Positions 32,530-39,765 of a stretch of 49,171 nt of DNA are shown one piece after another. Under the pieces are notes generated by a model. The model was not told the origin of the DNA and did no database searches. It saw only the letters and a list, made by a program, of their open reading frames with translations. The stretch comes from an uncultured Candidatus Kuenenia sp. GTDB taxonomy: Bacteria > Planctomycetota > Planctomycetia > Pirellulales > UBA1268. The translations under genes and the position numbers were made by a program. The DNA lies in the NCBI GenBank assembly GCA_964578555.1, contig CAZODJ010000002.1, positions 5,947 through 55,117 of the forward strand, given 5' to 3'. Every line of letters begins with the position of its first letter. Positions within the stretch are counted from its first letter, which is position 1.

Positions 32530-34101
32530 ATGAAGAAGGAGCCGGAAAAGCAGGCGGGAGTGGTCCCGAAGCGACGTTGGTTCTCCAGCCAGGTGAAGGC
32601 CCTCGTGCTGACGGCCCTGCTGGCAGTGATCCTGCTCGTGGCAGCGGTGCCCTGGTACCTCTCCACCCCCGGCATGATGTCGCGGGTCGTGGCCCGAGCG
32701 ATTCCGGAGCTTCTCGCCGAAGTGACATTCGACCGCGTTCGCATCGGCTGGCTCGGGCCGATTCGTCTCGACGGCATTCGCGTGATCCCCAACGACGGCT
32801 CCCAGCCGCCGCTGGAGATTCGCCGGATCGAAGTCAGCAATGGATTCGCCTCGATCCTCGTCACCGGCGGCGACCTCGGCCGGACGCTCGTCGACGGCCT
32901 CGGGGCAGATGTCCTCTTCGACGCCAACCGCACTTCCAACTTCGAACGTCTGTTTGTCGAGCCCGTGCCCCAGCCCGTCGGACCACCAACCGGCGGTGGC
33001 CGCCGCCGCAGCCTTGTCAGCATGCGACTGGAAGTGAACGACGCCCGTGTGCGGATCGCCGGCCCCTGGGCAGCGGAACCGTGGGTGAGTGAACCGATCG
33101 ACATTCGGGCGACACTCGGTCCGGCCCAACGCGGCTGGCACAGCGAGTGGACGATCGAGCCGGTGCAACTCCTCACGCACGCTCGGCTCGAGCCGAGCGT
33201 GGCGTCGAGCGTGCTGGCCTACATCGCCCCCGTGCTTGCCGATGCAACCCGCACCGGTGGCGAGTTCTCACTGCGGCTCAACGGCGCCACGCTCCCGGTG
33301 GGCGACCCGGCGGATGGCACGCTCGCGGGCGTGCTCTCGATGCACCGCGTTGATCTCGGACCCGGCCCGCTGGCCGTGAAGACGCTGCAGGAATTACCCC
33401 TGCGGCTGCCGCCGCCGCCAACGGTGCGGTTTGCCGACGAGGCGAATGTCGACTTCCGACTCGGCGAGCGCCGCGTCTGGCATACGGGGCTCGAGTTTGG
33501 CCTGCCGCTGAAGCAGCCCGGCCTGCGGCTCGACGTGCACTCCAGCGGATCGGTGGGCCTCGATGATGATTCGCTCGACCTCAAACTCGAGTTGCCGATC
33601 CCGGCGGCCCTGCCGCAAGACCGCCCGGTGATCGCCTCGCTGGCCGGCCGCAAGATCTCGGTCGGCGTGAGCGGAACACTCGACGACCCGAAGCTTGTCT
33701 TTGATGGCAGCATCAAGGAGACGGCCGGCGCGGCATTGGCCGAGGTTATCGAGCGGTTGCGGCAGCCGGGCACCGTCCCACAGCGAGGCGATGCCACCGT
33801 GCAGCCGCACGGCGCCCCGCCTGTCGATGCCAACGCCCAGTCAACCGCGCCGCCATCGCCGGAAGACGGGCAGCCGCCGGAGAACGCTCCTGCAACGTCG
33901 GCGCTCGAGGGCCTCAAGGCGAAGCTGCCTCCCGAATTGACCCAGGATCCAACCGCGGATGCCGTGATCGACCTGGTCGGTGACGTGTTGCAGCAGGTGG
34001 CCAAACGCCGCGCCGAGAAGCGGGCCGCCGAAGCGGCCAATCCGGATCAGGAACCACCGCGTGGCGGCCTTCGCCGTCGCCGTCCACCGGCTGCCGAGTA
34101 A
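32530..34101 (+). CDS. Single-pass membrane protein, AsmA/TamB-like by N-terminal impression
   Basis: MKKEPEK...VKALVLTALLAVILLVAAVPWYL membrane anchor. It is followed by a long beta-rich region (VTFDRVRIGWLGPIRLDGIRV...) and an acidic/basic disordered tail. The family call is weak. Confidence 0.45.
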   Translation: MKKEPEKQAGVVPKRRWFSSQVKALVLTALLAVILLVAAVPWYLSTPGMMSRVVARAIPELLAEVTFDRVRIGWLGPIRLDGIRVIPNDGSQPPLEIRRIEVSNGFASILVTGGDLGRTLVDGLGADVLFDANRTSNFERLFVEPVPQPVGPPTGGGRRRSLVSMRLEVNDARVRIAGPWAAEPWVSEPIDIRATLGPAQRGWHSEWTIEPVQLLTHARLEPSVASSVLAYIAPVLADATRTGGEFSLRLNGATLPVGDPADGTLAGVLSMHRVDLGPGPLAVKTLQELPLRLPPPPTVRFADEANVDFRLGERRVWHTGLEFGLPLKQPGLRLDVHSSGSVGLDDDSLDLKLELPIPAALPQDRPVIASLAGRKISVGVSGTLDDPKLVFDGSIKETAGAALAEVIERLRQPGTVPQRGDATVQPHGAPPVDANAQSTAPPSPEDGQPPENAPATSALEGLKAKLPPELTQDPTADAVIDLVGDVLQQVAKRRAEKRAAEAANPDQEPPRGGLRRRRPPAAE

Positions 34102-34166
34102 GACTGGCTTCCGCCGCATCGGGGTTGTGACAAAGCACAGGCCTGTGCTTATCGAACAAACAAAAA

Positions 34167-34200
34167 CCGGGCTTCCCTTGCGGGAAGCCCGGTCTCTTTT
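34167..34200. terminator. Bidirectional rho-independent terminator between convergent genes
   Basis: Perfect 11-bp stem CCGGGCTTCCC-TTGC-GGGAAGCCCGG (34167-34192), followed by TCTCTTTT on + and TTTTTGTTTGTT on -. A second perfect palindrome, AAGCACAGGCCTGTGCTT, lies at 34133-34150. Confidence 0.65.
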
Positions 34201-34261
34201 CATCGTTCACCGATCGCGTGCATCAGGGCTGACCTGACGCGATAGGAGACTCACCGTCGGA

Positions 34262-34690
34262 TCACGTGGCAGCCGGAGCAGCTGGGGCAGCAGGAGCAGC
34301 CGGAGCCTCGGGGGCGGCCGGAGCAGCTTCCGTCGGGGTGCCTTCCATGATCACGCCTTCACCGGAGCAATCGCCACCGGCACAGCCGCCGGCAACCGCA
34401 CCGCCGCAATCGCTGCAGCCACCTTCGTAGCTACCGCAATCACCGCACGAGCCACACTCAGCGGCCTCGCAGGCACCGCACTCGGCCGCGGCGGCTTCGC
34501 CGTGGCAGCGGTGACGACGACCATGGCAACGCTCGCGGCGCTCACGATCATGGCAACGGGGAGCACGACCGTGGCAACGGGCACGACCGTGGCAACCGTG
34601 GCCGGCGACGGCCGACGAATCAGCGCCCATGAGGGCGATCGCGACCACCGCGAAAAACATCGCAACTGCAATTCCGAAAAAACGCTTCAT
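34262..34690 (-). CDS. Small secreted Cys/His-rich protein with CHGR repeats and a Pro-Ala tail
   Basis: 142 aa from the ATG at 34690, preceded by GGAGG. Signal peptide MKRFFGIAVAMFFAVVAIALMGA. Five C-H-(G/D)-R units, then an acidic CG-rich block (ECGACEAAECGSCGDCGSYEGGCSDCGG...GGCAGGDCSG), 14 Cys in total, then an (A/E)AP repeat tail. Confidence 0.65.
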   Translation of the reverse strand: MKRFFGIAVAMFFAVVAIALMGADSSAVAGHGCHGRARCHGRAPRCHDRERRERCHGRRHRCHGEAAAAECGACEAAECGSCGDCGSYEGGCSDCGGAVAGGCAGGDCSGEGVIMEGTPTEAAPAAPEAPAAPAAPAAPAAT

Positions 34691-34872
34691 TTCAAACCTC
34701 CAGGGATGGAACTGAACGCACGGGGCGCTACAGCGGCCGTCATCTCTCAACCCCGATCCGGGACGGCCACCGGACCGCAGCGACTGAACGATCTCCGGAT
34801 CGCTCCAGCAATTTCCCAGCGGAAACCTCCGAGCAACCGGCAGCGCTGCCCTGCAAGGGCTGCGGGTTGGCG

Positions 34873-34931
34873 AAAATATGCCGACTGCAGAAACTAGGCA
34901 AAGAGCCTACTTTGCGCCGGACTCCTGTCAA
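34873..34931 (-). promoter_or_regulatory. Candidate promoters for the Cys/His-rich gene, implying a long leader
   Basis: On the minus strand there are two candidates. One is TTGACA (34926-34931)-N16-TAGGCT (34904-34909). The other is TTGCCT (34896-34901)-N17-TATTTT (34873-34878). Either gives a 5' leader of about 180-210 nt. Confidence 0.3.
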
Positions 34932-35045
34932 GAAAAACAGGAAATATACGCAGTTTGCGTAGAAATTACGGCATCACTGCCGTTTGCTGGCGGCGGGTGA
35001 CGTCTGCCGCCCCACGATAGGGCTGTGGTTTTCTCAGCCAGTCGG

Positions 35046-35717
35046 CTATTCAACAGCAGGCTGCTGGCCGGGGCCACCACGGGCTGTTCGCGACTGTGGA
35101 GCGGGATTTCCAGAGGGCGTTCCACCCTGCCCGTCCCCCTCCTGAAGCCGCTTCTGGAGCTCGGCTGCCACGAGTTCCTGCTTGGCGACCATGTCGGCTG
35201 GATCCTCGAAATTCAGCAGAAGTGGCGGCATGTCTTCGAATACCCGCATCGCCATGCCGACGACCCGCCAGCCCTCCGGATCGAGACGTACCACCCACAC
35301 AACGTTGTCTGTTGTCGTGAAGCCATCGGTGTCGGTATCGGTCCACGTGGTCGCCACGTGCATCAGATCCTCGGAGTCTGCGACGATCTCACACTCGCGA
35401 ATCGAATAGGTGGCTGTGGCGGGTACAGGCGGGGCGACAGAAATGCCCATTTCCAGCGTCTTTGCCGCAGCCACCTTGGTAAGCATCCCGCGTGCTGCGG
35501 CGTCGTCTCCTCGCTTCACCGCATCCAGGAAAGTCGCCACGGCCGCCTTGGCCGGCTCGACCGCGGTCGATGCGGGGGCGGAATCTGACTGGCTACCGGA
35601 GCACCCAAGCAGAGGAATCGTGACCATCACCATACATCCCGCCACGAATGATCCGGCCCAGACCGACATCATCCAGGGAAGATTTGCCGACAGTCGCGTG
35701 GCAGGCCCAGAACCCAT
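35046..35717 (-). CDS. Lipoprotein, unknown function
   Basis: Lipobox IPLLGCSG after a hydrophobic segment, a small mixed alpha/beta body and a Gly/Pro/Gln-rich tail. The start may be the Met at 35672. Confidence 0.55.
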   Translation of the reverse strand: MGSGPATRLSANLPWMMSVWAGSFVAGCMVMVTIPLLGCSGSQSDSAPASTAVEPAKAAVATFLDAVKRGDDAAARGMLTKVAAAKTLEMGISVAPPVPATATYSIRECEIVADSEDLMHVATTWTDTDTDGFTTTDNVVWVVRLDPEGWRVVGMAMRVFEDMPPLLLNFEDPADMVAKQELVAAELQKRLQEGDGQGGTPSGNPAPQSRTARGGPGQQPAVE

Positions 35718-35898
35718 GATTCAAACCTCGTGTGATCGCGTGTGAAATGCCACCTCATGCTTCGGACAAGTGGCGGGGTAGGAGGGTGACGAGCCGCCCC
35801 ATTCAGGTCAAGACAAAAAAGGCGGATGCAAAGCCCCAGACACAGCCACCAGCCGTCCTCCACATAGCCGCCAGACGGCGGCTCCTTATACTAAAAGC

Positions 35899-36879
35899 AT
35901 GCCTGTTCTCACTCGCCCACTCCACGTCGCCACGCGGGCTCTTGCGGTCATTGCCCTGATTGCCCCCCTACCTTGGCTTGCGACGGCACACGCTCAGGGC
36001 GGTCGCCCGCGATCCGGCGTTCCCCGCCCTCGCGCCGAGCCGCCGGGGTCGTGGTCCCCGGCCGTGACGAGCCAGTTTTTCCGCGATGCGTTTGCCGAGC
36101 TTGAAGGTCCGCGGCCCGACTTCACCAAGCTGCCCGAGCCCAACGACAGTGGCGGCGGCGCAACCAAGGAGGAAGATGCACCTGCCGGCCCTGGGGCCTG
36201 GTCGTCGTTGGTCTCCGCCGACACGCTTGCCGACGAGATCAAGACCATGAAGATGGAGGTAGACAAGACCATCGCCAAGAAACGGGATTTCACTGGTGGC
36301 GGCTACATCGAGGCTCGCAACGGCTTCTCTTCGATTGCCGCTGCCTTCGCCGTGATCACCGTGTACGACGGCGACGTGCGTTGGAAAGATGGCGCCGGCC
36401 GCGCCCGCGACCGGTTTGCAGCCGCCGCCTTTGAATGCAACCAGGGGAACGACAAGACCTTCGCCATCGCCACCCAGGCCGCCGAGGATCTCCAGAAACT
36501 CATCAGCGGCAGCCAGCTCGACGGCGTACCGGCGAAGCAGGTCGACTGGAACCGCATCGCCGCGCGGCCCCCGTTGATGGCTCGGCTGGAACGGGCGGAA
36601 AAAGGGCTGGCCGAAGTGTCGGCCTCCGACACCGCATTCGCCAAGGATCCCGAGCGGCTCCTGCACGAGGCCGAAATCGTGGCGCTGATCGGCGAATTCA
36701 TCCAGCAGCCGCAGTGCGAGGATTTCGATGACGACACCTACCGCGGCTACGCGTCGACGATGCGGGATGCCGCCGTGAAGGCTGCGGCGGCGACTCGCAA
36801 GGGAGACTTCGCTGCCGCGCAGGCGGCCATCTCTGCCCTGCGGAAATCCTGCGATACATGCCACGCAGACTATCGCTGA
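35899..36879 (+). CDS. Secreted class-II cytochrome c (cytochrome c'-like) domain protein with an N-terminal extension
   Basis: Signal-like ALAVIALIAPLPWLATAHAQ. A single CxxCH sits at the extreme C-terminus (SCDTCHADYR) after a helical Ala-rich region (GDFAAAQAAISALRKSC), which is the hallmark placement for class-II cytochromes c. Confidence 0.65.
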   Translation: MPVLTRPLHVATRALAVIALIAPLPWLATAHAQGGRPRSGVPRPRAEPPGSWSPAVTSQFFRDAFAELEGPRPDFTKLPEPNDSGGGATKEEDAPAGPGAWSSLVSADTLADEIKTMKMEVDKTIAKKRDFTGGGYIEARNGFSSIAAAFAVITVYDGDVRWKDGAGRARDRFAAAAFECNQGNDKTFAIATQAAEDLQKLISGSQLDGVPAKQVDWNRIAARPPLMARLERAEKGLAEVSASDTAFAKDPERLLHEAEIVALIGEFIQQPQCEDFDDDTYRGYASTMRDAAVKAAAATRKGDFAAAQAAISALRKSCDTCHADYR

Positions 36880-37424
36880 ATCGGCCCGAGCGGGATCATC
36901 TCAGCCAGCCCGGCTTCGACCAGTTCGCGGCCCGTGACGTAGCGGTGGGTCTTCACCCAGGCATCAATCATGGCCGGCGAGGCACCGAACAGATCGGCAA
37001 GCAACACATCCATTTCCTTTTCGAGCGCGCCAAAGTGCCGCGACCATTCGGCTGCCTCGGTGATGCCGATATGTTCCTCGCTCTGCCACTTCATGGGGTG
37101 GAAGAGCAGCACGCTGTAGGGCGTCACGAGCCGCCGCGTGCAGGCCGCGAACGGCCACAGAGCGGCTGACGAACACTCTCCCGTCACGATGCCCGTCGCC
37201 CGGATGCCCCGCAGTTTGAGGAGCGTCACGAGCGACATGGCGCAATATGGGCTGCCCCCTGGCGAGTCGAAGTAGATCGTGCACTCCGCCCCTGGCTCGA
37301 CGCCAAGGATGCGATCGGTGAGGTCGGCCTCGGCCTCGGTGAGGTCGCCGACGAGGGCGATCTCGAGCGGCCCCTCGCGTTCATCGTCTCGGCCATCATC
37401 ACGGCCACGGTCCTGACGTTTCAT
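36870..37424 (-). CDS. ClpP/S14-family protease-like protein
   Basis: IYFDSPGGS, GECSSAAL (Ser-nucleophile position) and LLFHPM (His position) align to ClpP motifs. The N-terminus is unusually charged (KRQDRGRDDGRDDERE). The 3' end overlaps the convergent cytochrome gene by 10 nt. Confidence 0.65.
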   Translation of the reverse strand: MKRQDRGRDDGRDDEREGPLEIALVGDLTEAEADLTDRILGVEPGAECTIYFDSPGGSPYCAMSLVTLLKLRGIRATGIVTGECSSAALWPFAACTRRLVTPYSVLLFHPMKWQSEEHIGITEAAEWSRHFGALEKEMDVLLADLFGASPAMIDAWVKTHRYVTGRELVEAGLAEMIPLGPIQR

Positions 37425-37588
37425 AGAAATTGGCAGCCAGGTACGGAAAGGGTGGAGAATCGCGGCATCCTAAGAATCACCGGGTTGGCTGTCCACGCGG
37501 CGGTCTGCCAGCCGCCGGCAGACGACCCCCGCCTATGGTAAAGTTTTGAGGAACCACGTTCTTACTTTCCTCACGAGGAGACCCTGCC

Positions 37589-38170
37589 ATGCGATTCCCG
37601 ACGCTGCTGACTGCCGTCGCCCTCATGCCGTTCCTGCTCAATGGAAACCTGGCCCGCGGGCAGGCTGTGGCTGAGCAGGCAGCCGCGTTTACGATTGCCG
37701 ACGGTAGCTTCTCCCTCGCCGCGCCCGCGAACTGGAAGCGGGTGCCACCGAAGTCGCGGATCGTGGAAACCGAGTTTGAGATTCCCGGCGCCGGCGATGC
37801 GGCTGCCGGCCGCATGACGGTGATGGGCGCCGGCGGCACGGTGGAGGCCAACATCGATCGCTGGGTTGGCCAGTTTTCCCAGCCCGACGGCAGCGACACG
37901 AAAGACAAGACCACCACCAAAACGCTCAAGGTGGCCGGCTGCACGGTCACGCTCGTCGACATTCCTGGCACGTACAAAGACATGCCGGGCGGGCCCTTCG
38001 CGGGAGGCAAAACGATCGAGCGGCCCGACTACCGCATGCTGGCGGCGATCATCGAGTCGCCGGAGGCGGGCAGCTACTTCCTCAAGTTGTACGGTCCGGC
38101 GGCCACGATCGCGCAGCATGCCGACGGCTTTCGGAAGATGATCGAAGGCCTCGTCCCCGCAACGAAGTGA
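37589..38170 (+). CDS. Secreted hypothetical protein, first gene of a two-gene operon
   Basis: Signal peptide MRFPTLLTAVALMPFLLNGNLARGQA and a mixed beta-rich body (FSLAAPANWKRV...ETEFEIPG...NIDRWVGQF). The stop is 4 nt before the next start. No family recognised; it is reminiscent of PsbP/DcrB-like folds, but only by impression. Confidence 0.6.
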   Translation: MRFPTLLTAVALMPFLLNGNLARGQAVAEQAAAFTIADGSFSLAAPANWKRVPPKSRIVETEFEIPGAGDAAAGRMTVMGAGGTVEANIDRWVGQFSQPDGSDTKDKTTTKTLKVAGCTVTLVDIPGTYKDMPGGPFAGGKTIERPDYRMLAAIIESPEAGSYFLKLYGPAATIAQHADGFRKMIEGLVPATK

Positions 38171-38174
38171 GACC

Positions 38175-39638
38175 ATGAAGGTTCAGGATTTTCTCGAGCA
38201 CCACGGCATCGCCGGCAATCCGTTTGCCGAGGAGGATGCGCAGAACGATACGGTCTTCAAGCGAACCTGCCTGGAGACGACGTTTCATCCGGCCTGGGAC
38301 AAGATCTTCGGCGATGCCGCCGAGCCGAGCACCTCGATCGTGTTCGGTGAGAAGGGGGCCGGCAAGACGGCGCTGAAGCTGCAGATGCAGCGGCAGTATG
38401 ACCGCCACAATGCCGACCACCCTGAGGCCCGCACGTTCGTCGTTCTCTACGACGACTTCAACCCGTTCCTCGACCGGTTCGTGAGCCGGGTTGGCCCCGG
38501 GCGACCGGTCGAAAAGGCCCTCGCCCAGTGGAAGCTCTGGGACCACATGGACGCCATCCTGGCGCTCACGGTCTCGCAGCTGTGCGACGAGATCATCGAA
38601 GGGCGTCGTGCCGCCCACCATCTGCCGCCATCGAAGGCCCGCGACATGGCGGTGCTGGCGGCCTGCTACGACCAGTCGACGACGGCCACGTTTCCCACCC
38701 GCTGGCGGGCGATCCGGCGGCGTGTTGGCTACCACGCGTGGCGGGGCCTGTGGCCGCTGGGGCTGGGGCTCGTGGCGGGGCTCGCGTTGGCCGCGGCACT
38801 CGCCATCGGCGTCGCGCGGGGCTCACTGGCATGGACCGGCCACTGGTGGCCCTGGCTGGCGCTGGCCGCCGCCTGGACGCCGTGGGTCTGGCGGCGGGGC
38901 CGCAGCTGGTGGAAGGCATGGCGGATCGTCCACAGCATGAAGACGGGCAACCGCACCGTCGGCCAACTGACACGGGCGTTGGCACGGATCCCGGAGGTCG
39001 ATCTGGCCGGTCAGCCGCTGCCGCTGGCCGCCCGCAGTGACGACCGCTACGAGATGCTCGGCAAGCTGCAGGGGGTGCTGGCCGCCTTCGGCTACACCGG
39101 CATGGTGGTGATCGTCGACCGGCTCGACGAGCCGCACCTCATCAATGGCTCGGCGGAGCGGATGCGGCAGGTACTCTGGCCGATGCTCGACAACAAGTTT
39201 CTCAAGTCGACCGGGCTGGGCTTCAAACTGCTGCTTCCCGTCGAGCTCTATCGGTTCATCGAGCGTGAAGACGAGCAGTTCAACCAGCGGGCGCGGCTCG
39301 ACAAGCAAAACCTCGTGCCCTCGCTGGAGTGGTCGGGTGAGACGCTCTACGACATCGCGTCGCAGCGGGTGAAAGCGGCCAGCGTCGGGAATCCACCGGC
39401 CACGCTCGCGCAGCTGTTCGATCCCGAGGTCGACCAGCGGCGGCTGCTCGACGGCCTGCGGAGCGTCCGCGTGCCACGGCATCTTTTCAAGTTTCTCTAC
39501 CGCCTCCTCGTCGCCCACTGCCATGCCCACACCAATGAGCAGCCCGTCTACACGATCCCGCTGGAGCGGTTCGATACGGTGCTGGCGGTGTACCGCCGCG
39601 ACCAGGAAGCCTTCGATCGCGGCCTCGCGCCACGCTGA
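38175..39638 (+). CDS. P-loop NTPase with two transmembrane segments between Walker A and the likely Walker B (KAP/Tmn-like architecture)
   Basis: Walker A GEKGAGKT (aa 58-65). Hydrophobic W/A/L-rich segments lie at aa ~191-214 and ~223-239 (nt ~38745-38891). The hhhhD motif MVVIVDRLDE is at aa 310-319. The N-terminus has the ...GNPF... signature common in STAND/AAA-like ATPases. Confidence 0.7.
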   Translation: MKVQDFLEHHGIAGNPFAEEDAQNDTVFKRTCLETTFHPAWDKIFGDAAEPSTSIVFGEKGAGKTALKLQMQRQYDRHNADHPEARTFVVLYDDFNPFLDRFVSRVGPGRPVEKALAQWKLWDHMDAILALTVSQLCDEIIEGRRAAHHLPPSKARDMAVLAACYDQSTTATFPTRWRAIRRRVGYHAWRGLWPLGLGLVAGLALAAALAIGVARGSLAWTGHWWPWLALAAAWTPWVWRRGRSWWKAWRIVHSMKTGNRTVGQLTRALARIPEVDLAGQPLPLAARSDDRYEMLGKLQGVLAAFGYTGMVVIVDRLDEPHLINGSAERMRQVLWPMLDNKFLKSTGLGFKLLLPVELYRFIEREDEQFNQRARLDKQNLVPSLEWSGETLYDIASQRVKAASVGNPPATLAQLFDPEVDQRRLLDGLRSVRVPRHLFKFLYRLLVAHCHAHTNEQPVYTIPLERFDTVLAVYRRDQEAFDRGLAPR

Positions 39639-39644
39639 CTTCCC

Positions 39645-39736
39645 GTGGACAAAGCCCTCCATGGCCTTTGTCCACGTGTTCGCCCCTCGAAAAGCCAAGG
39701 TTTTCGAGGGGCGAAGCCGCCCCATCGTGGGGCGGC
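39645..39736. terminator. Three consecutive GC-rich hairpins between convergent genes
   Basis: GTGGACAAAG...CTTTGTCCAC (39645-39675). CGCCCCTCGAAAA-GCCAAGG-TTTTCGAGGGGCG (39681-39713, 13-bp stem). GCCGCCCCA-TCG-TGGGGCGGC (39716-39736). No strong U-tracts. Confidence 0.4.
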
Positions 39737-39765
39737 AGTTGTGTCAGTTGGTCTGCGAACGTGTT

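Noticed and set aside
31846-32530. Possible integrated element at tRNA-Gly
   Set aside because: There is no integrase, excisionase or phage gene, and I did not see a duplicated tRNA 3' segment by eye. Only a 333-nt GC dip is explained by a hydrophobic small protein. This is kept as a low-interest finding, not a mobile-element call.
34500-34620. CHGR repeats as c-type heme attachment sites
   Set aside because: The spacing is C-x6-CH or C-x8-CH (for example CHGRAPRCH), not CxxCH, CxxxCH or CxxxxCH. Metal binding is the more conservative reading.
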